From: a virus
Taxonomy: Duplodnaviria > Caudoviricetes
Virus record (IMG/VR): IMGVR_UViG_3300049733_000162
Span: 1 to 32,493 of that record
Strand: one strand, 5' to 3'
Length of the DNA stretch: 32,493 nucleotides
The notes below the pieces were generated by a model that did not search any database, had not been told where the DNA came from, and saw only the letters and a program-made list of their open reading frames with translations. Both the position numbers and the translations under genes were made by a program. Positions 7,961-16,913 of this stretch are shown here, piece after piece. Position 1 is the first letter of the stretch. Every line of letters starts with the position of its first letter.

Positions 7961-10311
7961 CGTCCCGCCCCCACACCATACGCGGCGGATTTCACCGACA
8001 CCCGCCCTTGCGGCGCACGCTGCTGTCGCACCGGGCGCTCGGTGATGCAGAGATAAGAGGCCCCGTCACTTAAATGGGTCAACTGGCTGTACGGGTCACG
8101 GTGATTGTAGGTCTTCTTGAGCCCACCATGCGGGTCCATCAAGACTTGCTCAAAATCTCGAATCATCGCCACGCACTTGGGGTCGATCAGGATATGGCTC
8201 GCCCCCTGCGCGTCCTTAAAGGCGGCGTTCATGGCGTTCAGGCGATCAACCTCCAACGGATTCGCGGCGGGCACTTTCATCTTGACCGGGCTCGGATACC
8301 GCTGCAAGCGCGACAGGATCAGATCATAGCTGCTCCGCGGCTTCCCGGCTGTCGTATGGCTGCGGTTGCCTCCATTGGCATCGCCATAAATCCAGAGCTC
8401 ATGCGGGTGCCGGGGGTAGCGCCGCTCAAACTCATCGAGCATGGCGTCGATGTTGCCCTCATCGAGCACGATCTCATCGTAGCAATACATCTGATCGGGA
8501 TGCACCTGCCAAAGCGAGGTGCAGAACGGGCTGACGTTAAAGTCCCAGGCCCAGCACAAGGGCCGGTGTGGTGACAGCGGCGGAAGCTTGCGCACATGCA
8601 CGGCGCGGGCAAAGTTCCCATACGCCACGGCGCCTGCAATCCCCGGCAGAATCTCGCCATTCAGTCGAATGCGCCGCGATAGGGAGCCCAATGGGTAGCG
8701 GGATTCAAGCTGCTGAATCTCTTCGCCGCTCAGGTGGGGATTATCGTAGATGCTGGCCTGGAACAGCCCGACATCGGTCACACGGCCTTGAATGATCGGC
8801 TCGAGGATTTCCTGGTACACCCAGGAGATGCTTTCGACATGCCCCTGGGGTGGGAGAATGGTGGCGGTGAAAAACTTGCGAAAGCGCCGTCCCGCGCCGA
8901 TACGGATCAAGAGCTCGTCATAGTGCGGCTTCTTCGGCGGTTCATCGCCATGCAGCCAATCGATCGCCCCGCCTGCGACCTTAAGGGCGTCCTGCTCCCC
9001 CGACTTCCAGCCGATAAACGAGCCGTTGCGCAGCTTGAGGATCTGCGCCTCGACTTCCCACTTCGCAATCTCCCGCTCAGGGATAAAGGGCTCGGGCATC
9101 CCCGGCTTGAGGTAGCCATTGTCGAAGTATCTCGGCTGGATAATGTCGCGGTTCGTATTGCTATCGAGGCCCAGCACCCAGCCCGCCGTAGCCTTGTCCC
9201 GTACGTCCATGCTCGTGCCATCAGGCAAACGGCTGTACGCGGTGCCGACCGGCTCAGGAAGGCCCTGCCGGGCCAGCGTGGCACCACAGTACGCCCCGAC
9301 GCTCGTGTTGTGGTGCAGCACGCCTGATGCCCAATAGCAATGTGTCCCTTGTACCTCAAAGTCTACTATTGGACGTAAACCGATTTTCTGGTATGCTATT
9401 AGCCTACAACCACCCACCAGGAGGATCGGCCATGGCAATACGTGCCAATCGTTGCTACCGTACCACGCAAGACCTTGAATCTCGTGGTATTGCTGTTCTG
9501 TTGGAGCAGGGCTTGACCCGTCGTCAGGTCGCTGAATCTCTTCATTGCCACAAGTCGACGGTCGATAAGTGGTGTCAGAAGCATCAGTGGTCCACAGGGC
9601 GAACAGGGCCGAGAGCAGGTGAGGGTCATCCCTCGTGGAATGGGGGAAGGCGCCTAGACAAGCACGGATACGTTCAGGTGTGGGCACCGTTACATCCACA
9701 ATCTCACCAGGATGGCTATGTGTATGAGCACCGCTTGCTAGCAGAGGTCTTGCTATGGCGCTATCTTCGGACGGAGGAAGTTGTAGACCATATTGACGAC
9801 TGGCCCTATCATAATTGGCCTGATAATCTTCGTCTCTTTCCGTCCAACGCGGATCACCTATCCTGGACAACAAGCTACCGACCGCAATCCACCCGGCGCG
9901 GGTCAATACCCGGTGCCTATACGTCGCCTCAAAAGCTTCCCCAGTGTCCAGATGCAGACGCAACGCTGGCTCAATGCTCCGCAGAAATACGGCAGAGGCT
10001 TGACTGGCACATCGAGTCACACCGTCCCAGGATTGAACATCGAAACTTGCCTCGCCGATCATTTCGGCAGGTAGGCGCGTGGCGGAACCCATTTCCACGG
10101 GTGTCCATGGGGTAAGACACTTGCCCACACGATTGGCGCCCACGAACCAATTTTCCCAGTGGCCCCCGTCCTCCGGGTGCAGCACGCTCTGGATAAAGGG
10201 CTGATGCACAATGAGCGGCTGCCACAGGCGCAACGGGTCGCTGGCCTGACGTTGGGCCAAGGTGAGACTGGCGATGCGCTGGAGGAGTTGCAGCTCTTCT
10301 GCCGTCGGCAT
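7957..10311 (-). CDS. terL: terminase large subunit containing an intein
   Basis: Walker A GANRVGK|T split by the intein; Walker B WLHGDEPP; SIYDNPHL; nuclease WAWDFNVSP...HLSDGASY. Confidence 0.9.
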   Translation of the reverse strand: MPTAEELQLLQRIASLTLAQRQASDPLRLWQPLIVHQPFIQSVLHPEDGGHWENWFVGANRVGKCLTPWTPVEMGSATRLPAEMIGEASFDVQSWDGVTRCASQASAVFLRSIEPALRLHLDTGEAFEATYRHRVLTRAGWIAVGSLLSRIGDPRWTERDEDYQANYDRASRQYGLQLPPSEDSAIARPLLASGAHTHSHPGEIVDVTVPTPERIRACLGAFPHSTRDDPHLLSALFALWTTDASDTTYRPSTCGNEEIQRPDDGSSPAPTEQQYHEIQGLAWYGSNDWHVLPWPILLVGGCRLIAYQKIGLRPIVDFEVQGTHCYWASGVLHHNTSVGAYCGATLARQGLPEPVGTAYSRLPDGTSMDVRDKATAGWVLGLDSNTNRDIIQPRYFDNGYLKPGMPEPFIPEREIAKWEVEAQILKLRNGSFIGWKSGEQDALKVAGGAIDWLHGDEPPKKPHYDELLIRIGAGRRFRKFFTATILPPQGHVESISWVYQEILEPIIQGRVTDVGLFQASIYDNPHLSGEEIQQLESRYPLGSLSRRIRLNGEILPGIAGAVAYGNFARAVHVRKLPPLSPHRPLCWAWDFNVSPFCTSLWQVHPDQMYCYDEIVLDEGNIDAMLDEFERRYPRHPHELWIYGDANGGNRSHTTAGKPRSSYDLILSRLQRYPSPVKMKVPAANPLEVDRLNAMNAAFKDAQGASHILIDPKCVAMIRDFEQVLMDPHGGLKKTYNHRDPYSQLTHLSDGASYLCITERPVRQQRAPQGRVSVKSAAYGVGAGR
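9369..9397 (+). promoter_or_regulatory. sigma70-type promoter inside the intein, antisense to terL
   Basis: TTGGAC-N17-TATGCT with TG extension; AGGAGG at 9419-9424. Confidence 0.65.
9432..10115 (+). CDS. HNH endonuclease encoded antisense within the intein
   Basis: HTH (GLTRRQVAESLHCHKSTV), GEGHPSWNGGR, GYVYEHRLLAE...VVDHIDDWPYHNWPDNLRLF...H; AGGAGG-N7-ATG. Confidence 0.85.
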   Translation: MAIRANRCYRTTQDLESRGIAVLLEQGLTRRQVAESLHCHKSTVDKWCQKHQWSTGRTGPRAGEGHPSWNGGRRLDKHGYVQVWAPLHPQSHQDGYVYEHRLLAEVLLWRYLRTEEVVDHIDDWPYHNWPDNLRLFPSNADHLSWTTSYRPQSTRRGSIPGAYTSPQKLPQCPDADATLAQCSAEIRQRLDWHIESHRPRIEHRNLPRRSFRQVGAWRNPFPRVSMG

Positions 10312-10454
10312 CAAGGCTTCTCCACCACGGGCCCCAACGTGCCCCCAAGTCGGGTCGCCGCGGGCCTCTTCAGCAGCAACAGCTCATTAAACGCCTGCAA
10401 GATGAGCTGTTGCCCTCGCAAAAAGGTGGCTTGAATCCGCTCCAGGTCGGTCAC
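10311..10454 (-). CDS. small hypothetical protein
   Basis: GTGA and TGATG coupling on both sides; (M)TDLERIQATF. Confidence 0.5.
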   Translation of the reverse strand: MTDLERIQATFLRGQQLILQAFNELLLLKRPAATRLGGTLGPVVEKP

Positions 10455-10801
10455 GGCTTCGTCTGCGGCACGCCGAACGCCCCGCCCAAGCTGGACGCCT
10501 GATTGATCACATGCAGCGTAACCACCTCGCTGATATGCTGCACGCCGGCGCCCAGGTCCACATCCGCCTCGACGCTGTAGGCCGTATCCACGGGGCCAGC
10601 CTCGCCGTCGGGCAGAGTGTCGGAGACGAGAAACATCTGATAGCCGGCAGGCTTCGACGCATCCCAGGCGGGATGGAGCGGATCGTCCAACAGCGTGCCA
10701 TTGCCACTGACCACGGTCCACACCGGCACACCATCCAGTGGGCCATCGGGGTTGAGCGTGTAAAGCACCATCTGTGTATCACCAATCGTCGCTTCCGGCA
10801 T
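10451..10801 (-). CDS. hypothetical beta-rich protein
   Basis: GGGGAG RBS, MPEATIGD... Confidence 0.6.
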   Translation of the reverse strand: MPEATIGDTQMVLYTLNPDGPLDGVPVWTVVSGNGTLLDDPLHPAWDASKPAGYQMFLVSDTLPDGEAGPVDTAYSVEADVDLGAGVQHISEVVTLHVINQASSLGGAFGVPQTKP

Positions 10802-10820
10802 GGCGTTCTCCCCTGTGTGA

Positions 10821-11243
10821 CTACGCCGCACTCCCCGGCAACAGGCGCAACGCGCCGTCGGTGTCCCTGGCTTCCATGGCGGACAGAAATGCGCCGAGCT
10901 CCAGGTCACTGAGACTCAGTAAGACGCTGATATGGGTCTGGGTAATGTTCAGGTCGACCGTCTCTTTGGGCTTGCCCCAGAGGTGTTCGGCAAAGAATTT
11001 TTCCATGTGGGGCGCATCGCCGGCCTTGAGGCGAATAGCGAGGGCTTTAAGGTACTCGGGTTGTTGCAGCAGCTCAGCCGCCATCTCCTTGATGGGAATG
11101 ACTTCGAGGGTGGCACGGCTCACGGAGCCTTTAGGTCTGCCAGGGCCAGGCATGCCCTGACCAAACCGTCCGTTCGACAGCCGAATAGGAGGCTTGGGAA
11201 CGATCCGTTTTCGACCGTTTGAGGGCCGTTTGTCGGACGCCAA
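10821..11243 (-). CDS. probable terminase small subunit
   Basis: GRFGQGMPGPGRPKGS and LWGKPKETVDL motifs; first gene after a consensus promoter, upstream of terL. Confidence 0.6.
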   Translation of the reverse strand: MASDKRPSNGRKRIVPKPPIRLSNGRFGQGMPGPGRPKGSVSRATLEVIPIKEMAAELLQQPEYLKALAIRLKAGDAPHMEKFFAEHLWGKPKETVDLNITQTHISVLLSLSDLELGAFLSAMEARDTDGALRLLPGSAA

Positions 11244-11278
11244 CCATCTAACTCCGCGAATTTTGGCAGGTATGAGCG

Positions 11279-11307
11279 AGTATACGGCAGGATATGCGAG
11301 ATGTCAA
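11279..11307 (-). promoter_or_regulatory. sigma70 promoter of the packaging operon
   Basis: TTGACA-N17-TATACT. Confidence 0.75.
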
Positions 11308-11335
11308 GAATGATGAAAGCAGACATGGCGTCTGC

Positions 11336-11884
11336 CTAGCGGGTCATCGAGCGCCAGGCGGTGAGGGTGCCATCAGGGCCAAAGCGCAGCATGAGCACCT
11401 GTCGATCCTCGTCCACCATCGTCTGGACGCCGGCACCCGCGGAGAGGCCAGCCATGGCACCGCCCCAGACGCCCGTGGTCGGACCCTGATAGGCCGGATA
11501 CGGGCGATAGCTGTAGGCGCTCGTCTCTGAGCGCTCCCAGGCGAGGAGCGTGTCAGATCCCAAATGTCGCTCATAGGTGGGAGGCCCCAGGCGCATCAGC
11601 GCCTCATCCATCGTCAGGCGTCCCACAGCGGCATCCATGTTCGCCTCAAAGCGTGAGGTGGCGCAGCCAGCGACGAGCACGACCAACATCAACACCATGA
11701 GCGGTAACCACATCAACCGAGACACGAGACGCTGGACCCGATGCCGCACACACCAGGCCTCAATGGTGTCACCCCACAGGGACGCCGTGGTGATCATGGC
11801 GAATCCCATCACCACAAACGCCCAGGCCCACCACGGGGCCATCTGCATGTTATTGAGCACAGATCTCAGCACATCCGTCAGCAT
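11336..11884 (-). CDS. membrane protein/lipoprotein (possible superinfection exclusion)
   Basis: two hydrophobic segments, lipobox-like LVAGC; function inferred from position only. Confidence 0.55.
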   Translation of the reverse strand: MLTDVLRSVLNNMQMAPWWAWAFVVMGFAMITTASLWGDTIEAWCVRHRVQRLVSRLMWLPLMVLMLVVLVAGCATSRFEANMDAAVGRLTMDEALMRLGPPTYERHLGSDTLLAWERSETSAYSYRPYPAYQGPTTGVWGGAMAGLSAGAGVQTMVDEDRQVLMLRFGPDGTLTAWRSMTR

Positions 11885-12072
11885 CCTGAGCCCTCCGCCG
11901 TCGACCCACCGAAATCCTCTGGAGATTGTAGCAACATTTCCTTCGCGTTCGCCACCATATGCAAGCATAGGCGAATGACCGCCGATTCATTTTGCTGGCC
12001 CCAGCGGCGCATAACTTTTTTGAGCGCTTCCTCGTCGGCATCGGTCAGATCCACCGTCGTCCGCTTGGCCAT
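11878..12072 (-). CDS. ribbon-helix-helix regulator
   Basis: MAKRTTVDLTDADEEALKKV...ESAVIRLCL, CopG/Arc-like pattern. Confidence 0.65.
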   Translation of the reverse strand: MAKRTTVDLTDADEEALKKVMRRWGQQNESAVIRLCLHMVANAKEMLLQSPEDFGGSTAEGSGC

Positions 12073-12192
12073 CGCAGACCTCATGCACCATATCCTCACA
12101 TATTGTCATACATTGTCATGGAATCACGTCACCATAGAATATATCTCCAGTATTTAATATATGCAATAAATTTTTATATGTGCCAATTTTGG

Positions 12193-12232
12193 GCTTGACT
12201 TTATTCCATCACCAGCCCATATTAAGTCAAGC
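12193..12232 (+). promoter_or_regulatory. promoter bracketed by a 9-bp inverted repeat (operator candidate)
   Basis: TTGACT-N17-CATATT; GCTTGACTT 12193-12201 and AAGTCAAGC 12224-12232; AT-rich divergent intergenic region. Confidence 0.6.
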
Positions 12233-12261
12233 ATTGGCTCAATTCGAGGCACTAGAGGAGA

Positions 12262-12456
12262 GTGATGGTTATGGTTGACCATAACTTAATGACCGTTCCA
12301 GTGGATAGGCGCACCCATCAAATTCTTCGAGTGCTCGCCGCAGGGAAGGGCATCAAAATGCGTGAGCTGCTCGAAGAAATGGCCAAGCCCTATGAGCATA
12401 TACTGATCCCCTTCGACACACCGAACGGGCACAAAGCCAAAGCATCTCACGACTAA
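12262..12456 (+). CDS. ribbon-helix-helix-like regulator
   Basis: MTVPVDRRTHQILRVLAAGKGIKMRELLEEM; GAGGAG RBS. Confidence 0.6.
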   Translation: MMVMVDHNLMTVPVDRRTHQILRVLAAGKGIKMRELLEEMAKPYEHILIPFDTPNGHKAKASHD

Positions 12457-12459
12457 GCC

Positions 12460-13615
12460 GGGCTCCTGACACCCAACTCGCCGGTCACAGAATAGGTCAC
12501 AGGTCGTATGCTCATTCTTCCACAATGCCAGGCACCATTTGTTGAGCCAGATGCTCACGCCCTAGCTCACACCCTCCTGATCAAGCGATGCGGGCAGGCG
12601 TGTGGCCGCATCGAGGCGATGGATCGCCTGGCGTTCATGCTCCACGCTCGGATGCGTATAGGCGGCGGTCATCGTGATTGTCGCGTGCCCGAGCCAGCGT
12701 TGCAGGGTTGGCAAGTCGACGCCGGCCTCGATGGCTCGGGTGGCAAACGTGTGGCGACAACTGTGGGGTGTGATCGCCAGATCCAGCCCCGCCCGCTCCA
12801 CCGCCCGCCGAAACATCGTCCGAATACTCTTGTAGCCAAAGATACGGCTGTCGCGGCCGTGCATGGGGAGGTGTGCCAGCACCTCCCGAGCCGTGCGATT
12901 CAAGGGCACCTGTCGTGCCCGTCCGCTCTTGGCCACATCGACGCCTACCTGTACCAGACCCGCCTTGAAATCCAGATCATCCCAGCGCAAAGCCATCAGC
13001 TCCCCGAGGCGAAGGCCCGTATGCAACGCAAAGCGCGTCAGCAGGGCCAATCGGCTCGGCATGGCGGCGAGCAGCGCGGTCTCTTCTGCCAGGCTGATGA
13101 TCCGTCGTGGAGCCTGCCGGGTGCGCAGATTCCGCACCGTGGGAATGCGCTCCAACACGCCCCACTGACCCGCCACTTTGAGGGCGTGTTTGATCGGCGT
13201 CAGGTAGACGTTGATCGTGCTCGGCGTCAGGCCCCGATGCAACCAGGTCGTCTGCAGCAAGGCCAGCGTTTCCCCGGTGATCGCGGTGAGGGGCATCTCG
13301 CCCAACACCTCACAGGCGAGGCGAAAGGCGACGTCAGCCACGCGCACCGTGTTGGGCCGGCGTTGCGGCTCCCACCAGCGCTGAAAACGTCGGAGAAACT
13401 CCGCGAACGACGTCATCTGCGGTGGCGGCGGTCTGAGGATACCCTCGGCTACCTCCACCCGGCGTTTACGCTCGGCTTGCAGCGCCGTCTGATAGCTCAC
13501 CGGGCCAAGGGATTGGCGATAGCGTTTCCCACGAAACCGAAAATCGTATTGATACGAGTGGCCACGTCGGTACACAGCCATGATGGTCCTCCTACGTTCG
13601 GCGCGTCAGGAGCCC
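12460..13615. repeat. 11-bp inverted repeats flanking the recombinase gene
   Basis: GGGCTCCTGAC 12460-12470 and GTCAGGAGCCC 13605-13615; GGTCACAG direct repeat at 12483 and 12495. Confidence 0.65.
12562..13581 (-). CDS. int: tyrosine recombinase/integrase
   Basis: HTGLRLGEL, KSGRAR, HSCRHTFAT, LGHATITMTAAY; N-terminal arm-binding-like segment; AGGAGG RBS. Confidence 0.92.
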   Translation of the reverse strand: MAVYRRGHSYQYDFRFRGKRYRQSLGPVSYQTALQAERKRRVEVAEGILRPPPPQMTSFAEFLRRFQRWWEPQRRPNTVRVADVAFRLACEVLGEMPLTAITGETLALLQTTWLHRGLTPSTINVYLTPIKHALKVAGQWGVLERIPTVRNLRTRQAPRRIISLAEETALLAAMPSRLALLTRFALHTGLRLGELMALRWDDLDFKAGLVQVGVDVAKSGRARQVPLNRTAREVLAHLPMHGRDSRIFGYKSIRTMFRRAVERAGLDLAITPHSCRHTFATRAIEAGVDLPTLQRWLGHATITMTAAYTHPSVEHERQAIHRLDAATRLPASLDQEGVS

Positions 13616-13771
13616 AAAACCATCATATCGGTGCATCGGCGTGGCGTCTAGAGGGTGCGCTCCAGGCCAGGGATGGGAGGCTCGTGCTGGGCACCTTGGC
13701 AGGCACCAGCGCGAGTTGAAGAGCGCCGGGGGGCGCCACCTGGCCTGGGGTGCATCGGGAAGGGAGAGGGC

Positions 13772-14041
13772 ATGGATGGACATCTGTTGATCGCGGTGCA
13801 AGCCATCATGATCTGGAAGACCGGGCACTTCCTGCCGTCGCAGACCTGGCATCTCACAGGCCCCTATGCCCCGCTGCTGAAGGCGCTGCAAGCCTGCCTG
13901 ATCACCTGTGACGACTGGACACCCGCACAGCGGGCGGTGATGTGTAGGGACATCTGGTCGGCGGTGGGGGCCTGGCCACGCTTCAAGGTGCTCGGGGATG
14001 GGGTGCAGGCATTCGAGGAAAGGGTGGCCAATGCCCGGTAG
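13772..14041 (+). CDS. hypothetical protein
   Basis: GGAGAGG RBS; overlaps the helicase start. Confidence 0.5.
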   Translation: MDGHLLIAVQAIMIWKTGHFLPSQTWHLTGPYAPLLKALQACLITCDDWTPAQRAVMCRDIWSAVGAWPRFKVLGDGVQAFEERVANAR

Positions 14042-15464
14042 CCTGGACACACTTCCAGACATCCCGTATGGCGATGTCTTCAACGCCGCCTGCCTGATCC
14101 AGCTCTATGGGCAGGATTTGCGGTTCTGTAAGCCGCTGGGTGGCTGGCTGCATTGGACCGGGACGCATTGGAAGCTCGATCAAGTCGACCACATCATGGA
14201 ATTGGCGCGCCAGACGATTACAAGGCTCGGTGAAATCGCCTTACAGCGGCAAAACACCGAAATGCTCAAGCACATTTCTCGATGTTTTCAGCATCGACAG
14301 CTCACGAACATGCTGCGGCAGGCAGAAACCTTCCCTCATGTGGTGGCGACAACCGATCAATTCGACCAAGACTCCTGGCTGCTCAACTGCCAGAACGGGA
14401 CCATCGACCTCCGCTACGGCCTGATCGATCAAACGAGACCCCATCGGCGTGAGGATTGGATTACCCGATGCCTCGATATCCCGTATAGTCCCGACGCCGA
14501 GTGTCCGACGTGGCAAGCCTTTCTCTGGCGGGTCATGGGTGGCCCCCTTCCCGAAGAAGAGGGCAGTGAGTCCGCGCTGCTTGAGCGCCATGAACGGGCC
14601 GAACGCCTCGTAAGCTTTCTTCAACGCGCCGTCGGGTATGCCCTCACCGGCCGCACCGATGAGCAGTGCGTATTTATTCTCTATGGCACGGGGCGCAACG
14701 GAAAAAGTCGATTCATTGAAGCCTGTCATGAGTTACTCGGACCCTATGCCAAATCCGCGAACATGCAGAGCTTTTTGCATCAAGAGCGCGAAACGGTCCG
14801 GAATGATCTGGCAGACCTGCATGGCGTGCGGCTCGTCTCCGCGATCGAAGCGAACCAGGGCCAGAAATTCAGCGAGGGACTATTGAAGCAGCTCACCGGG
14901 GGCGATCGCGTGAAAGCGCGGTTTTTGTTCAAAGAGTATTTCGAGTTTCTGCCGCACTTCAAGCTCTTTCTGGCCTTCAATCATAAGCCCGTGCTCAAAG
15001 GGAACGACATGGCCGTGTGGGAACGGGTCAGGATGATCCCGTTTGATGTGTATATCCCTCCGCATGAACGTGATCCATATCTACAAGAAAAGCTGCGGGC
15101 GGAGCTGCCAGGCATCCTCACATGGGCGGTCGATGGATGTCTCGCGTGGCAGGTCGGCGTCAATGGGAGCCCAAGTGGCCTCCGTCCACCAGAAGAAGTC
15201 ACACAAGCCACCGAAGCGTACCACCGAGAAATGGACGATCTGGGGGAATTTCTGGATGAGCGATGCCTCCGTTCAGATCTGGTCCGGGTCGACGGCAAGG
15301 ATCTGTATCAAGCGTATGTCGACTGGTGTGCTCACGAGAATCAACCGCCGATGCATGTGAGAACCTTCGCACTTGACTTGCAACATCGAGGCGTAACTCG
15401 GCAGAAAAGCAACGGAAAAGTCTGGTACAAGGGCATTGCTCTCAAAGACATAAGCAGTGACTAA
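14031..15464 (+). CDS. P4/D5-family SF3 helicase (primase C-terminal type)
   Basis: LLNCQNGTIDL, Walker A GTGRNGKS, LKQLTGGDRVKARFL, C-terminal winged helix LYQAYVDWC. Confidence 0.9.
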   Translation: MPGSLDTLPDIPYGDVFNAACLIQLYGQDLRFCKPLGGWLHWTGTHWKLDQVDHIMELARQTITRLGEIALQRQNTEMLKHISRCFQHRQLTNMLRQAETFPHVVATTDQFDQDSWLLNCQNGTIDLRYGLIDQTRPHRREDWITRCLDIPYSPDAECPTWQAFLWRVMGGPLPEEEGSESALLERHERAERLVSFLQRAVGYALTGRTDEQCVFILYGTGRNGKSRFIEACHELLGPYAKSANMQSFLHQERETVRNDLADLHGVRLVSAIEANQGQKFSEGLLKQLTGGDRVKARFLFKEYFEFLPHFKLFLAFNHKPVLKGNDMAVWERVRMIPFDVYIPPHERDPYLQEKLRAELPGILTWAVDGCLAWQVGVNGSPSGLRPPEEVTQATEAYHREMDDLGEFLDERCLRSDLVRVDGKDLYQAYVDWCAHENQPPMHVRTFALDLQHRGVTRQKSNGKVWYKGIALKDISSD

Positions 15465-15552
15465 GTGACGATAGTGACTCATTTCCCAAAGGGTATAGGC
15501 GCGTATATAAGGAGGTTACGAAAAACGCATCACCGCCGTCACTTCGTCACTA
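15455..15552. repeat. AGTGAC iterons, probable replication origin
   Basis: AGTGAC at 15456, 15464 and 15473; inverted GTCACT at 15538 and 15546; directly after the helicase. Confidence 0.6.
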
Positions 15553-15569
15553 GGAGAGGATTGGGAGAA

Positions 15570-15770
15570 ATGATCGAGAATATTCATGGTGTCGTGACAT
15601 TTGATCAGCGGCGAACATCTCGAGAGAAGGCCACACATGAGCGGCTGTGCAGATACCTCAGAGAGCAGCCGTTAGACGATATTCGCCAAGCATCCGTGGT
15701 GTTCTGGTATGCGCATCAGCCTGTACGTATGTCCGCGCTACGCTATCTGGCGTACGTCGCGGCCAAGTGA
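15570..15770 (+). CDS. hypothetical protein
   Basis: GGAG RBS, MIENIHG. Confidence 0.5.
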   Translation: MIENIHGVVTFDQRRTSREKATHERLCRYLREQPLDDIRQASVVFWYAHQPVRMSALRYLAYVAAK

Positions 15771-15781
15771 GGAATGTACCC

Positions 15782-16036
15782 ATGCTGACCCCCCACGGCG
15801 CCACCATCCACCTGGAGCTCCCCGGCTGGCTGCTGATCTTCGAGGCCGGCGCCTTCACCGACGCCTCTGTGAGCGTGGGCGATGATCAGGTACAAGTGCA
15901 TCTCACCTGCAGCCATGCGGCGCTGGTGCAGGCCCAAAAGCGGGGCAAAGCCTACAAACGTGCCATGGCGCGGCAGGGACGGGAGCAGCAGATGGCGGAA
16001 GCCGTGACCCGCAAACGAGAGGAGCGCACGCGATGA
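15782..16036 (+). CDS. hypothetical protein
   Basis: GAGG RBS, MLTPHGA; G/C-ending codons. Confidence 0.5.
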   Translation: MLTPHGATIHLELPGWLLIFEAGAFTDASVSVGDDQVQVHLTCSHAALVQAQKRGKAYKRAMARQGREQQMAEAVTRKREERTR

Positions 16037-16230
16037 CGCGCACGAAGCCACCATGGACGCCGACGCCAGATGATCCCTGGATTTTTGGCAAGCCGCCAAT
16101 GGTGAAACAGCCTGACGTGCCACAGGTTGAATCCGATGATTCGGAGGTGATTGTAGAAGGGGTAGGACGAGAACGTGCAGCCACGAGGATGCTAGACCCC
16201 TTAGACGCGATTCTGGAGGAGACACGATGA
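16033..16230 (+). CDS. hypothetical protein
   Basis: ATGA-coupled at both ends. Confidence 0.45.
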   Translation: MTRTKPPWTPTPDDPWIFGKPPMVKQPDVPQVESDDSEVIVEGVGRERAATRMLDPLDAILEETR

Positions 16231-16823
16231 CTCACCTCATTTTGGACATCGAGATTCAACGCACCATCGAAGATACGCCGGGTGGGTGGGATGCGACAGA
16301 TGTCTTGGGTGTGTCGGTCGCCGTCGTTTATGACGTAGGCGAGGACCGCTATACCATCTATCGGGATAGTCTCCAGGACCGCATCGACTTGCAAACGCAC
16401 CTCAACCGTGCCGATCGGCTTACCACATTTAACGGGTGGAAATTCGACTTGCCGGTTATCTGGGGTAAGCCGCAACCGAAGCGGGTTGAGCATCTACGCG
16501 CTCGCTCAGACGACCTCTTACGGCGCATCTGGCAGGGACTCGGGCTCAATCCTGACGTGTTCACGAAAGACCACAGCGGGTGGGGCCTTGATGCCGTCTG
16601 CAAGGCGACACTGGGGCGCGGCAAAACCGGCAACGGGGGCGATGCTCCACGGCTCTACCAGCAAGGCCGATGGGTCGAGCTGATCAACTACTGCCTAGAG
16701 GACGTTCGGCTCACGAGGGACTTGTGGAGGGCGTCAGAGGAGATGCCTATTGCTGGCCCCAAGGGAATTGTCACCCTTGCGCCATGGCCGAATGGCACAA
16801 CACAGGAGGCATCCCATGGCTAA
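16227..16823 (+). CDS. DEDD/RNase H-like 3'-5' exonuclease
   Basis: ILDIE, TFNGWKFDLPVI, LDAVCKATLG, YCLEDV. Confidence 0.85.
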   Translation: MTHLILDIEIQRTIEDTPGGWDATDVLGVSVAVVYDVGEDRYTIYRDSLQDRIDLQTHLNRADRLTTFNGWKFDLPVIWGKPQPKRVEHLRARSDDLLRRIWQGLGLNPDVFTKDHSGWGLDAVCKATLGRGKTGNGGDAPRLYQQGRWVELINYCLEDVRLTRDLWRASEEMPIAGPKGIVTLAPWPNGTTQEASHG

Positions 16824-16913
16824 CCAGTTATCCCTGATCCCCGTCAGTCCGCTGGAGTTCACGAAGGCCGCCTATGACCTGGCGGGGCTGCTACAGCAAC
16901 TTGGAGGGACTCC

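Larger units (their letters stand above)
9307..10119 (-). mobile_element. 271-aa intein in the TerL Walker A motif
   Basis: Block A CLTPWTPVEM, block B ATYRHRVLT, block F IVDFEVQGTHCYWASG, block G VLHHN followed by Thr+1. Confidence 0.92.

Noticed and set aside
12457-12560. attP core or tRNA fragment
   Set aside because: Only a short GGTCACAG direct repeat; no tRNA-like sequence and no host junction to define att
12508-13719. 403-aa plus-strand ORF
   Set aside because: Exact mirror-frame shadow of the recombinase, with no motifs or RBS; unlike the intein HNH case
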